Shown: positions 19,485 to 29,703, numbered from the stretch's first letter. The stretch is 64,000 nt of DNA from Flavobacterium sp. (GCA_016787805.1 JAEUTY010000046.1:30016-94015), one strand, 5' to 3'. Notes: generated from the sequence alone by a model not told the origin. A program made the numbers and translations.

Positions 19485-20040
19485 TACTGTAATTTTTTAA
19501 CTTGTTAATTTGTTCTTGCAACATTTTTCGAGCGTGCGAAAGTTGCGATTTGGATGTTCCTTCGTTGATGCCTAACATCGTTCCTATTTCGTGGTGTTTG
19601 TAACCTTCAATTACGTATAAATTGAATACCATTTTATAACCATCAGGCAAACTATCAATTAAGGATTGAATATCGTCTATTGATAACTGACTTTCGATAT
19701 TGTTGAAGGTTTCTTCATCTCGTCCTAAGACGAGACTATCTTCAATAAACTTTACTTTTTTATGTACTCGTATAAATGAGATGCATTCATTAATCATTAT
19801 GCGTCGAATCCAACCTTCAAAACTGCCTTTGTGCTCAAAATTTTTCAAACTAGTAAAGACTTTCATAAACGAAGTAATCATTACGTCTTCGGCTTGATGC
19901 ACATCTTTTACATATTGACGGCAAACACTCAGCATTTTGGGAGCGTATTTCGAATAAATCTTCTGTTGCGCATGACGATTATTTTCGACAGCCAACTCGA
20001 TTAACTCTTTTTCCTCTTGATGTAAGTTGATGACCTTCAT
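19471..20040 (-). CDS. ECF-type RNA polymerase sigma-70 family factor
   Basis: Sigma region 2 (FEGWIRRIMINECI) and region 4 (YKMVFNLYVIEGYKHHEIGTMLGINEGTSKSQLSHAR). I took the start at MKVINLHQEE (20040). Confidence 0.85.
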   Translation of the reverse strand: MKVINLHQEEKELIELAVENNRHAQQKIYSKYAPKMLSVCRQYVKDVHQAEDVMITSFMKVFTSLKNFEHKGSFEGWIRRIMINECISFIRVHKKVKFIEDSLVLGRDEETFNNIESQLSIDDIQSLIDSLPDGYKMVFNLYVIEGYKHHEIGTMLGINEGTSKSQLSHARKMLQEQINKLKNYSNGTE

Positions 20041-20310
20041 GTTAAATGTCAATATCAATGGCAATGGCAAATTTCAATGTCAAATTTCAATGTCAAATTT
20101 CAAATTATTTTTTTGATATTGATTTTTGCTATTGGATTTGCTTTTGTTTAGTGTTCTATTAGCATAGACGAATCTCGATTGAAAATAGTTGCATGGATAA
20201 TTTGGTAATGTGACAATTTGTCGATGTGGAAATTTTAAAATAATGAAAATCAATTAAATACAAAAGTGTTTTTTTTAATATTTTCATTGACTAATTGCCG
20301 AATTGACTCA

Positions 20311-21288
20311 TTATTTTTTCCGTTCAATAACGTAATTTACCATTAAAGTTAAGCTGTCTTTGTATTCAGATGAGGGAAAATTGTGTAGTAATTGAAGTGC
20401 TTCCTGTTGGAATTCGACCATTTTTTGTTCGGCGTAGGCCAATCCGTTTTTATCTTTTACAAATTGAATGACTTCTTTGACGCGTTTTTTGTCTTTGTTA
20501 TGGTTTTTGATCGAATTGATGCACCAACTTTTTTCCGAACTCGAACAATTATTTAAGGCGTAAATCAATGGCAGCGTCATTTTCTGTTCTTTAATATCGA
20601 TTCCGGTTGGTTTTCCGATGGCTTCATCTGTGTAATCAAACAAGTCGTCTTTGATTTGAAACGCCATTCCGATAAGTTCACCAAATTTGCGCATACGCTC
20701 AACCAATTCTACATCTTCTGAAACCGATTTCGCACCCAATGCACAACACGCCGCAATTAGAGTTGCCGTTTTTTGACGAATGATTTCGTAATAAATGGTT
20801 TCATCAATATCCAAACGACGTGCTTTTTCAATTTGCAATAATTCGCCTTCACTCATTTCACGCACTGCAACTGAAATGATTCGAAGTAAATCGAAATCGC
20901 CATTATCTATAGAAAGCAGCAATCCTTTTGACAATAAATAATCGCCTACTAAAACCGCAATTTTATTTTTCCATAAAGCGTTGATGGAGAAAAAACCCCG
21001 TCGGCGATTGCTATCATCTACAACATCGTCATGAACTAGAGTTGCTGTGTGAATTAGTTCGATGACCGAAGCACCGCGATAGGTTCGCTCATTTACCGTT
21101 CCATTGGTAATCATTTTGGCCGTCAAAAAAACAAACATCGGACGCATTTGTTTCCCTTTACGGTTCACGATATAATAAGTGATTCGGTTGAGTAGCGCGA
21201 CTTTAGAAGACATCGATTCGAAGAACTTCTTCTCGAAAAGTTCCATTTCTTTCACAATCGGCTGTTTTATTTGTGCGGTGATATTCAT
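20311..21288 (-). CDS. Polyprenyl diphosphate synthase (trans-isoprenyl diphosphate synthase family)
   Basis: 325 aa. The first Asp-rich motif is LVHDDVVDD and the second is IKDDLFD. Confidence 0.85.
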   Translation of the reverse strand: MNITAQIKQPIVKEMELFEKKFFESMSSKVALLNRITYYIVNRKGKQMRPMFVFLTAKMITNGTVNERTYRGASVIELIHTATLVHDDVVDDSNRRRGFFSINALWKNKIAVLVGDYLLSKGLLLSIDNGDFDLLRIISVAVREMSEGELLQIEKARRLDIDETIYYEIIRQKTATLIAACCALGAKSVSEDVELVERMRKFGELIGMAFQIKDDLFDYTDEAIGKPTGIDIKEQKMTLPLIYALNNCSSSEKSWCINSIKNHNKDKKRVKEVIQFVKDKNGLAYAEQKMVEFQQEALQLLHNFPSSEYKDSLTLMVNYVIERKK

Positions 21289-21432
21289 TCGTGCTCAAAG
21301 ATACAATAATGTGGTAAGTTGAAAAAAAATTTATGATTTGATTAAACCTTTTATTTTTATCGAAGTCTTATCACAATAAAAAACAAATAATCGCGATTAT
21401 TATTAACTATTAATAACCAAATTAATACTATT

Positions 21433-22314
21433 ATGAAAAATGCAACCAAATTTATCTTAGGATTAGGATTAGCTATAACATTGTTTAGTTGTAGTAAAGA
21501 CGAAGAAGAGCGAATCATTACGCAAGATGAAGCTTCGGTGAATGCTAAAATTGATTTAGCCAACGACGATGTTTCGGATGTTGTGGAAGAACAAGAATCG
21601 AGTACTTATAGTAATTCTGTTGATGGAAGAAATGAAGATCCTTCTTTTTCAGCTTTTAGTGCTTGCGCCACCATTTCAAGAGTTCCTGCTTTTGGAACAC
21701 CAATTACACCTGGAACAACCGTAACAAAAACCATTGATTTTGGAACAGTTGGATGTACTTTGAACAACGGAAATGTAGTAAAAGGAAAAATCATCATTAC
21801 TTTTGTATATCAACCCGATGCAACTTCGCATACTATTACGTATACTTTCGATGATTTCTATCACAATACAATTAAGTTTGTTGGAACAAAAACGTTCACT
21901 CGAGTAATGAGTGTAGAAACACCAAACTCGCCAAGTCATCCTATTGTAACTATGAACATGGATTTGACCGCAACTTTCCCAAATGGCAATGTTTATACTA
22001 GAGTTGGACAAAGAGTTAGAGAAATTATTGAAGGTTACAACACTCCAGGAAATCTTTTAGATAATGTGTACCGAGTAACAGGAAGTTGGACAACAACTTA
22101 TCCAAATACAAGTGATTTAGTGAGCACTATTACTACACCTTTACGAGTTAGAATGAGCTGTTTAACGCCTCACAAACCACTTTTAGTTTCAGGAATTATT
22201 ACATTTGAAAGAAACGGAAACACCGCTACATTGGATTATGGCAATGGAGATTGCGACAACCTTGCTGTTTATACCGTAAATGGAAATTCTTTTAACATTG
22301 TAATTGGTAATTAA
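21433..22314 (+). CDS. Hypothetical lipoprotein
   Basis: 293 aa with a lipobox (ITLFSC). I recognise no family. Confidence 0.55.
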   Translation: MKNATKFILGLGLAITLFSCSKDEEERIITQDEASVNAKIDLANDDVSDVVEEQESSTYSNSVDGRNEDPSFSAFSACATISRVPAFGTPITPGTTVTKTIDFGTVGCTLNNGNVVKGKIIITFVYQPDATSHTITYTFDDFYHNTIKFVGTKTFTRVMSVETPNSPSHPIVTMNMDLTATFPNGNVYTRVGQRVREIIEGYNTPGNLLDNVYRVTGSWTTTYPNTSDLVSTITTPLRVRMSCLTPHKPLLVSGIITFERNGNTATLDYGNGDCDNLAVYTVNGNSFNIVIGN

Positions 22315-22345
22315 TCCTTTTTGATTTTCTATTAAATATAAAAGC

Positions 22346-22375
22346 GAAAAACTCCCGTAATTGGGAGTTTTTTAT
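22346..22375. terminator. Bidirectional hairpin terminator between the lipoprotein gene and rlmN
   Basis: AACTCCC-GTAATT-GGGAGTT flanked by an A-run and a T-run. Confidence 0.7.
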
Positions 22376-23409
22376 TGCTTATTCGCTAATTGTCCGCAGG
22401 CTGCATCAATGTCTTTTCCGCGACTGCGACGCACTTTGGCTACAATGTCGTATTTGGATAATTCTTTGATGTACAAATCAATGGCAGCATCAGAAGCTTG
22501 TTGAAATTCGCCATCATCAATTGGATTGTATTCGATTAAATTCACTTTACAAGGAACGTATTTGCAAAATTTCACCAACGCATCAACCGCTTCTTTGGTG
22601 TCGTTGATGCCTTTCCACACCACATATTCATAAGTGATTTTACTTTTGGTTTTTCGGTACCAATATTCGAGTGCTTCCTTTAAATCTTTCAGTGGAAAAT
22701 TTTCGGAAAAAGGCATAATTTTAGCGCGAACCTCATCGATTGCTGAATGCAAAGAAACTGCCAATTTGAATTTGACTCCGTCGTCGGCCATTTTTTTAAT
22801 CATTTTTGGAATGCCAGAAGTAGAAACAGTAATTCTTTTGGGCGACATTCCTAAACCTTCGTCAGAAGTTATCAAATCAATGGCTTTGATGACATTATTG
22901 TAGTTCATCAACGGCTCGCCCATTCCCATGAAAACAATATTCGAAAGTGGACGATTAAGGTACAAACGACTTTCTCTGTCAATTGCTACAACTTGATCGT
23001 AAATTTCGCCAGGCTCCAAATTACGCATGCGTTTCAAACGAGCTGTGGCGCAAAAATTACAATCCAAACTACAACCTACTTGCGAGGAAACGCAAGCTGT
23101 TGTTCTTGTTTCAGTAGGAATTAAAACACTTTCCACCACCAAACCATCGTGCAAACGAACGGCATTTTTTACAGTTCCGTCATCGCTTCGTTGCATTTGA
23201 TCGACTTTGATGTGATTGATGACAAAATTCGCTTCGAGCATGGCGCGCGTTTCTTTCGACACGTTGGTCATATCATCAAATCCGTGCGAACCTTTACTCC
23301 ACAACCATTCATACACTTGATTGCCACGAAAAGCTTTATCGCCATTGGCTACAAAAAAATCGCGTAATTGTTCTTTGGTTAAACTTCGAATGTCTTTTTT
23401 GTCAATCAT
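22372..23409 (-). CDS. rlmN: 23S rRNA/tRNA (adenine-C2)-methyltransferase, radical SAM
   Basis: CxxxCxxC cluster (GCSLDCNFCAT). I took the start at MIDKKDIRSL (23409). Confidence 0.9.
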   Translation of the reverse strand: MIDKKDIRSLTKEQLRDFFVANGDKAFRGNQVYEWLWSKGSHGFDDMTNVSKETRAMLEANFVINHIKVDQMQRSDDGTVKNAVRLHDGLVVESVLIPTETRTTACVSSQVGCSLDCNFCATARLKRMRNLEPGEIYDQVVAIDRESRLYLNRPLSNIVFMGMGEPLMNYNNVIKAIDLITSDEGLGMSPKRITVSTSGIPKMIKKMADDGVKFKLAVSLHSAIDEVRAKIMPFSENFPLKDLKEALEYWYRKTKSKITYEYVVWKGINDTKEAVDALVKFCKYVPCKVNLIEYNPIDDGEFQQASDAAIDLYIKELSKYDIVAKVRRSRGKDIDAACGQLANKQ

Positions 23410-23435
23410 GTTGCAAAGGTAAAACAATTTGCCGA

Positions 23436-25133
23436 TTACACTCGCTTTTCCAAAACCGTATATTCCAAAACTAAAACATCCAAAGCCGTTTCTTTGAATA
23501 ATTGCAATGCTTGTGCTGGAGTTTCAACAATTGGCATTCCTTTTCGGTTTAAACTAGTGTTTAGTAAAACGGCAATTCCCGATTCCTTTTCAAAAGCTTC
23601 TACTAATTTATAAAACTTCGGATTCCATGATTTTTCGATGGTTTGAACGCGTGCCGAACCGTCTTGATGCGTTACATTTTGCAATTGATTTACAAATTCT
23701 TTTTTAGTTTTATCTACGAGAATCATGTACGGACTATTGCGCCCGACTTCAAAATAATTATTTACTTTTTCTTTTAAAACCGCTGGAGCAAACGGACGAA
23801 AATCTTCTCTGAATTTGATGTTTCGGTTGATGTGATCTTTCATTCCTACGATGCCAGGATGCGCGAGAATACTTCTTCTTCCTAACGATCGTGGTCCAAA
23901 CTCTGAACCCGATTGAAACCAAGCTAGGGTTTTTCCTTCGTTGAGTTTTTTGGCGCAATAAATTAACAATTCATCATCGTTATCAAATTCAATTTTAGAA
24001 TATTCATCTGATGAAATTAGTGCTTCATTTACTTCTTCTTTTGAATAATTTTTTCCAAAACACGTACTTCCATCGTGCTCCACTTTTGGCATTTTCAAAT
24101 ACTCTAACCAACCATAAAAAGCACAACCCAAAGCCAAACCGTTGTCGGCAGTTGCGGGTTCTATGTAGAGATTTTTCACCAATTGTAAATCTTCGAGTTT
24201 AGCATTCGCGACAGCGTTTAAAGCCACGCCACCAGAGTAACACAGGTTTTCGTTCGGGAATTGTTCTACTCTATTTTTAATGCAATTGATGACTGCTTTT
24301 TCTACTTGCTCTTGCGCCCATTTGGCAACGTTTGCATAGTAATCAAAATGTTCTTTAAAATATTCATAACCTTGCGATGGATTGGCAAAATGGTGTTTCC
24401 AATCGTCTTTTACGAATAATCGTCCTGAATCAAACTCAAAAGCATCGAAATTGTAAATTCCAGAATTTCCGTAAGGCGCCAAACCCATTAATTTTCCCAC
24501 ATCATCCATATCTCCAAAAACATAGTTGCTTATGGAAGCATAAAATCCCCCAATGGAATGTTGCGTGGTTGGCAATTGAAATTTACTTGTCGATTGCTCT
24601 GCCATTACACTAAAATCCTTGATCAATGGTGTGAGTTTTTGTCCGTCGAAATGATAAAAACTATCTTTTTCGCATTGCATTTGATTGACTTCAAAAAAAG
24701 AAGCATCTATACTATTTTTTTGTTCTGGATGTAATTCGATGAATTGGTCTAACGGACTTCCACAACCGTCAATCACCATCACATTACAATCGGAAAACGG
24801 AGAAGTTCCGACTGCGCTGTACGCATGCGCTAAATGGTGAGAAATATCAATTATTTTAGGTTGATCAGTATCAGCGAACAACCTTTTTCCTTTAAAAAAA
24901 TCGCGTTTGGGAAGTGTGAAATTTTCGCATTGAACTACAATTGTAATATCATCTAATGAAATTCCTTCCGCATCCAAACAATATTGAATAGCATCGGAAT
25001 CATTTCCGCCATCGTGTTTGATTCGGGTAATGCGTTCTTTTTCGATGGCAACGCACACTTTTCCGTCTTTTAATAAAACTGCAGAACCGTTGTGTGACAA
25101 TCCGGTTCCGAGTACATATATCGATTTAGACAT
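23436..25133 (-). CDS. NodU/CmcH-family carbamoyltransferase
   Basis: 565 aa with an N-terminal ASKHA-like start (YVLGTGLSHNGSAVL), the HHLAHAYSA motif and a C-terminal YrdC-like region. Confidence 0.8.
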   Translation of the reverse strand: MSKSIYVLGTGLSHNGSAVLLKDGKVCVAIEKERITRIKHDGGNDSDAIQYCLDAEGISLDDITIVVQCENFTLPKRDFFKGKRLFADTDQPKIIDISHHLAHAYSAVGTSPFSDCNVMVIDGCGSPLDQFIELHPEQKNSIDASFFEVNQMQCEKDSFYHFDGQKLTPLIKDFSVMAEQSTSKFQLPTTQHSIGGFYASISNYVFGDMDDVGKLMGLAPYGNSGIYNFDAFEFDSGRLFVKDDWKHHFANPSQGYEYFKEHFDYYANVAKWAQEQVEKAVINCIKNRVEQFPNENLCYSGGVALNAVANAKLEDLQLVKNLYIEPATADNGLALGCAFYGWLEYLKMPKVEHDGSTCFGKNYSKEEVNEALISSDEYSKIEFDNDDELLIYCAKKLNEGKTLAWFQSGSEFGPRSLGRRSILAHPGIVGMKDHINRNIKFREDFRPFAPAVLKEKVNNYFEVGRNSPYMILVDKTKKEFVNQLQNVTHQDGSARVQTIEKSWNPKFYKLVEAFEKESGIAVLLNTSLNRKGMPIVETPAQALQLFKETALDVLVLEYTVLEKRV

Positions 25134-25212
25134 TCTTGCTACTTTGTGCTAAAAATAACATTAAAAATAGAATTGACAAGGGTTTTTAGCTACTTAAAAT
25201 AGGTTTATTTAG

Positions 25213-25220
25213 TACCTTTG
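25213..25220 (+). promoter_or_regulatory. -7 promoter box (TACCTTTG) for the O-methyltransferase
   Basis: TAnnTTTG match. It overlaps the track's ATG at 25218, which argues for the downstream ATG at 25245 as the true start. Confidence 0.45.
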
Positions 25221-25244
25221 ATGCGAATTAAAACCGTATTCATC

Positions 25245-25886
25245 ATGCATTTTCTATCGGAAGATTTAGAGATTTACATCGAAAACCATTCGCAAACCGA
25301 ACCCGAATTACTGGCACAACTCAACAAAGAAACTTATCAAAAAGTCTTGTTGCCACGCATGTTGAGTGGTCATTTTCAAGGACGTGTTTTGAGTATGTTA
25401 TCCAAATTGATTCGACCAACAAACATTTTAGAAATCGGAACCTACACAGGTTATTCGGCTTTGTGTTTGTGCGAAGGAATGCTGGAAAACGGTGTTTTAC
25501 ATACCATTGACATTAAAGAAGAATTGGTAGATTTTCAGCGCAAATACTTTGATAAGTCTCCTTGGGGAAATCAGATTGTGCAACATTTAGGTGAAGCGTT
25601 GGCTATTATTCCGAATCTCGATTTGAAATTTGACTTGGTATTTATAGATGCTGACAAAGAGAATTACATTCATTATTTTAACATGATAATTCCTAAAATG
25701 AACAAAGGCGGAATCATTTTATCGGACAATGTATTATGGAGCGGAAAAGTGGTGGAAGTAGTCCATCCGAATGATATTTCAACGAAAGTTTTGTTAGAAT
25801 ACAACCAGCTTTTAAACACCGATACGCGAGTAGAAAGTGTGTTACTTCCTATTCGCGATGGTTTGACGGTGAGTCGAGTGCTTTAA
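25245..25886 (+). CDS. Class I SAM-dependent O-methyltransferase (caffeoyl-CoA OMT-like family 3)
   Basis: SAM motif ILEIGTYTGYS plus the FIDADKENY motif. About 213 aa from MHFLSEDLE. Confidence 0.85.
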   Translation: MHFLSEDLEIYIENHSQTEPELLAQLNKETYQKVLLPRMLSGHFQGRVLSMLSKLIRPTNILEIGTYTGYSALCLCEGMLENGVLHTIDIKEELVDFQRKYFDKSPWGNQIVQHLGEALAIIPNLDLKFDLVFIDADKENYIHYFNMIIPKMNKGGIILSDNVLWSGKVVEVVHPNDISTKVLLEYNQLLNTDTRVESVLLPIRDGLTVSRVL

Positions 25887-26086
25887 TCTTTTACGCCTAA
25901 TTTAGTGAGTAGATCTTCCATCAAACACCACTTCGTGAGGGACGATTGTAACAAATTGGCACCCACAAAAGCGGTGAACCACAACCAATTGATACTGACA
26001 TAAATTGCTAAAAGTAGGCTGATTAGTATAAAAGTTCCTGCTACAGCACGGATGATTCTGTTTTTCATGTTAATTCGTTTTTTCAA
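25883..26086 (-). CDS. YgaP-like small membrane protein (DUF2892-type)
   Basis: 67 aa. The pattern NRIIRAVAG...two TM helices...C matches my memory of the DUF2892/YgaP transmembrane domain. Confidence 0.6.
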   Translation of the reverse strand: MKKRINMKNRIIRAVAGTFILISLLLAIYVSINWLWFTAFVGANLLQSSLTKWCLMEDLLTKLGVKD

Positions 26087-26375
26087 TATTTAAAACTGCA
26101 ATGTGAATGTGTGAAAGTGTTTCTTGTTTGGCATTGAAATCTTTCACCGAATCGCAAACGACATCTACATTTTCTTTTGCCACAAAGGCGTAAAACAATA
26201 TCGATTCATTTTCATTCATTTCGGTACCAAACCAATTGCTTTCGATTGCATCTTCTGAAGCATCGCGAAAACCCGTTACTTCTTTGTATGAATAGGTTTT
26301 TACTTGCGCTTTTTTCAAAATGCGTTTGACTTCTTTTTCAAATTCGGCAACTGCTGTGATTAATAATAGTTTCAT
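26070..26375 (-). CDS. Small cytoplasmic protein, possibly with a P-II-like (ferredoxin-like) fold
   Basis: 101 aa with a beta-alpha-beta x2 hydrophobic pattern, directly downstream of the RND pump gene. The fold assignment is inference only. Confidence 0.4.
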   Translation of the reverse strand: MKLLLITAVAEFEKEVKRILKKAQVKTYSYKEVTGFRDASEDAIESNWFGTEMNENESILFYAFVAKENVDVVCDSVKDFNAKQETLSHIHIAVLNIEKTN

Positions 26376-26390
26376 TTCTATAGTTATAAG

Positions 26391-29300
26391 TTATGAGTTA
26401 TGAGTTTCCGTCTCCTCTTTAACTTCTGGTTTTTCCCATTTTTTTCTTTCGGTGATGTAGTAAATCAACGGAACCACAATCAATGTTAGTAAAGTAGAGA
26501 CAATAGCTCCGAATACTAGCGAAATGGCTAACCCTTGGAAAATGGGATCAAAAAGAATAATGGATGCTCCAATTACTACCGCTCCAGTTGTCAGTAAAAT
26601 AGGTGTTGTTCGCACTGCTCCTGCTTCTATAATGGCTTGTTTTAAAGGAATTCCATCGTTTAATCGGATTTCGATAAAGTCGATGAGTAGTACTGAATTT
26701 CGCACCATTACTCCAGCTAATGCAATCATTCCAATGAATGAAGTTGCAGTGAAAAATGCACCTAACAACCAGTGACCTAATACAATTCCGACTAACGAAA
26801 GAGGAATCGCCATCATCATCACCATTGGCGTTTTGAAGTTTTGGAACCAGCCGACAATCAACATATAAATAATCACAATTACCACTAAAAATGCTGCGCC
26901 TAAGTCGCGAAAAACTTCCAATGTAATTTGCCATTCGCCGTCCCATTTTACTGTGAAATCACTTTCATCAGCGGGTTGTTCCATGTACAATTCGTTGACT
27001 TTATAACCTTTGGGCAACTTCATTTTTTGTAGTTTTTCATTCATTCCCAAAATCGCATACACCGGACTTTCCAATGCGCCCGCCATATCAGCTGTTACAT
27101 ATACAACACGTTTTTGATCTTTTCTGAAAATGGTTTTTTGTAATGTATCGGTTACTACTTTTACTAAATCGGAAACCGGAACTACGTTACCATGACTGCC
27201 TTTGATTTTTAAATTTTGAATGTCTTGTAATGAGGTTTTGTCTTTGTCATCCAAGGAAAGCACAATCCCAACATTATCGTTAGAACGCTCATCGTACAAG
27301 TTGGAAACTGGATATTCTTTCAACAAATATGTCAAATTTCCGACTACTTGTTGAGGCGCGATTCCGTTAAGCATTGCTTTTTCTTTATCGACTTCTAATC
27401 TGTATTCAGTTTGGTTGTCTTCTACCATCCAATCAATATCAACTATATCCGTAGTGTTTTGTAGAATGTCTTTCACTTGATTCGCCACTGCAATTTGTTC
27501 TTTGTAATCTGGCCCATAGATTTCAGCTACCAAAGTCGACAATACTGGAGGTCCAGGTGGAACTTCAATAATTTTCACATTGGCTCCGTATTTTTTGGCG
27601 ATTTTTTGTACTTCGGGACGAGTGATTTTGGCAATATCGTGACTTTGTAAATCGCGGTCTTCTTTGTGGAGTAAATTCACTTGAATATCGGCCATATTAC
27701 TTCCGCCACGTAAATCGTAGTGACGCACTAAACCATTGAAGGTAATTGGCGCAGACGTACCGATGTAATTTTGGTAATTCACCACTTCTGGAATCGTAGA
27801 CAAATACTGCGCGATTTCTTGGGTAACTGCTGCTGTTCGTTCTAATGTTGTTCCTTCGGGCATATCAATCACCACTTGGAATTCGTTTTTATTATCAAAA
27901 GGCAACATTTTTACCGCCACCGATTTGGTGAAAAACATCATCACTGAACCTAACAAAAGCAACACAGTAATTCCCAACATTAAGCGGCGTTTTTTTGAAC
28001 TTTCTAAAAATGGGCGTTCCCATTTGTTGTAGATTTTGTAAATCCACGACGTTTCTAATCCTTGCTCGGCTTTATGCTCTTGTTCATCTTTTTCATGTAA
28101 TAAATGATAACCCAAGTACGGTGTTACCGTCAAGGCAACGAATAAAGACAATAACATCGCAATCGAAGCACCAATTGGCATTGGACTCATATATGGACCC
28201 ATCATTCCCGATACGAACGCCATTGGTAAAATAGCCGCAATAACGGTAAACGTAGCCAGTATAGTAGGGTTTCCAACTTCGTTTATTGCATAAATTGCGG
28301 CTTGTTTGAATGGCAGTCGCTTCATTTTGAAATGGCGGTGCATATTTTCGGCGATGATAATACTATCGTCTACTACAATTCCGACTACAAAAACTAAGGC
28401 AAAAAGTGTGATTCTGTTTAAAGTATATCCTAATAAATAATAAGAAAATAGTGTCAATGCAAAAGTTAATGGAACCGAGAAAAACACGACCAATCCGCCG
28501 CGCCATCCCATGGCTAACATTACCAAAATAGTTACTGCAATAATAGCGATTCCTAGGTGCATTAATAATTCGCCTACTTTATGTGAAGCGGTTTCTCCAT
28601 AATTACGAGATACTTCTACATGCACATCATCAGTAATTATCGAACGTTTTAGATATTCTACTTTTTCTAAAATCTTTTCCGAAATTTTCATCGCATCGGC
28701 ACCTTTTACTTTTCCGATGGAAATGGTAACAGCAGGATATTCCGATTTATTTTTCGCAAATTTTTCGTTGGTTTTTCCGTACCCAAATGAAACATAACTT
28801 CTAGGCGTTGAAGGTCCATCTTGCACTGAAGCAACTTGTTTCAAATACACTGGCATATTGGCATTGACACCAACCACTAAGTTTTCAATATCTTCTGATG
28901 TCGATAAAAACTGACCTGTAGTAACTAAAAACTCTTGATCGTTCGTCACAAAACTCCCCGATTGTGAGCTACCGTTATTGGCTTGAATCATTTGCATAAT
29001 TCCCAAGGCATCCACTCCGTTTTCGGCCATTTTATCTTTATCGAGTACTACTTTTACTTCTCGATTGCGTCCACCTATTTCTTTAGTAATTGCAACATCT
29101 TTTACTTTTTCGATTTCAGAAGTCACTTCTTCAGCGATTTGTCTGATTTCGAAATCGTTTAATTTTTCACTCCACAATGTTAATCCTAGCATTGGAACAT
29201 CGTCGATAGAACGTGTTTTTACCATTGGTTTGTATACACCTTGCGGAAACATATTCTCGTATTTGGCTAACTCGTCGTACAATTTTACGTACGAGCGTTC

Positions 29301-29618
29301 GACATCTTGACCCACGAAAAACTGCACAATTATCATCGCTTGACCGTTCATCGCCATACTGTGAACATGTTCCACTCCTTTTATATTAGAGATGATTTTT
29401 TCTAATGGTTTTACCACTCTACTTTCCACTTCGGCCGGACTTGCGCCAGGATAACCGACCATTACATCAGCCATTGGAACGTTGATTTGTGGTTCTTCTT
29501 CACGTGGAATCAAAAACGAGCTGTACACTCCAATAATCATCAATGCTACCATCAACAAAATGGTCAATTTTGAGTTGATGAAAAAATGGGCTATTTTACC
29601 TGATATACCTTCTTGCAT
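26391..29618 (-). CDS. RND efflux transporter permease subunit (AcrB/HAE-like)
   Basis: 1075 aa with 12-TM architecture. The TM4 motif GIVVDDSIIIAEN carries the Asp-Asp pair typical of HAE-type pumps rather than HME CzcA/CusA. Confidence 0.9.
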   Translation of the reverse strand: MQEGISGKIAHFFINSKLTILLMVALMIIGVYSSFLIPREEEPQINVPMADVMVGYPGASPAEVESRVVKPLEKIISNIKGVEHVHSMAMNGQAMIIVQFFVGQDVERSYVKLYDELAKYENMFPQGVYKPMVKTRSIDDVPMLGLTLWSEKLNDFEIRQIAEEVTSEIEKVKDVAITKEIGGRNREVKVVLDKDKMAENGVDALGIMQMIQANNGSSQSGSFVTNDQEFLVTTGQFLSTSEDIENLVVGVNANMPVYLKQVASVQDGPSTPRSYVSFGYGKTNEKFAKNKSEYPAVTISIGKVKGADAMKISEKILEKVEYLKRSIITDDVHVEVSRNYGETASHKVGELLMHLGIAIIAVTILVMLAMGWRGGLVVFFSVPLTFALTLFSYYLLGYTLNRITLFALVFVVGIVVDDSIIIAENMHRHFKMKRLPFKQAAIYAINEVGNPTILATFTVIAAILPMAFVSGMMGPYMSPMPIGASIAMLLSLFVALTVTPYLGYHLLHEKDEQEHKAEQGLETSWIYKIYNKWERPFLESSKKRRLMLGITVLLLLGSVMMFFTKSVAVKMLPFDNKNEFQVVIDMPEGTTLERTAAVTQEIAQYLSTIPEVVNYQNYIGTSAPITFNGLVRHYDLRGGSNMADIQVNLLHKEDRDLQSHDIAKITRPEVQKIAKKYGANVKIIEVPPGPPVLSTLVAEIYGPDYKEQIAVANQVKDILQNTTDIVDIDWMVEDNQTEYRLEVDKEKAMLNGIAPQQVVGNLTYLLKEYPVSNLYDERSNDNVGIVLSLDDKDKTSLQDIQNLKIKGSHGNVVPVSDLVKVVTDTLQKTIFRKDQKRVVYVTADMAGALESPVYAILGMNEKLQKMKLPKGYKVNELYMEQPADESDFTVKWDGEWQITLEVFRDLGAAFLVVIVIIYMLIVGWFQNFKTPMVMMMAIPLSLVGIVLGHWLLGAFFTATSFIGMIALAGVMVRNSVLLIDFIEIRLNDGIPLKQAIIEAGAVRTTPILLTTGAVVIGASIILFDPIFQGLAISLVFGAIVSTLLTLIVVPLIYYITERKKWEKPEVKEETETHNS

Positions 29619-29703
29619 GTTATTTTAATTTGAAAAATTGAAAATGTGTCAATTTGAAAATGTGTCGATTGCAAATAGTATAATTGACACATTGGCTAAT
29701 CGA

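Noticed and set aside
26391-29618. Heavy-metal (CzcA/CusA) assignment for the RND pump, suggested by the nearby Cys-rich small proteins
   Set aside because: TM4 carries the Asp-Asp motif (VVDDSIIIAEN) of HAE-type pumps, not the DFG..DGA (Czc) or Met-rich Cus signatures. I therefore called it generically.
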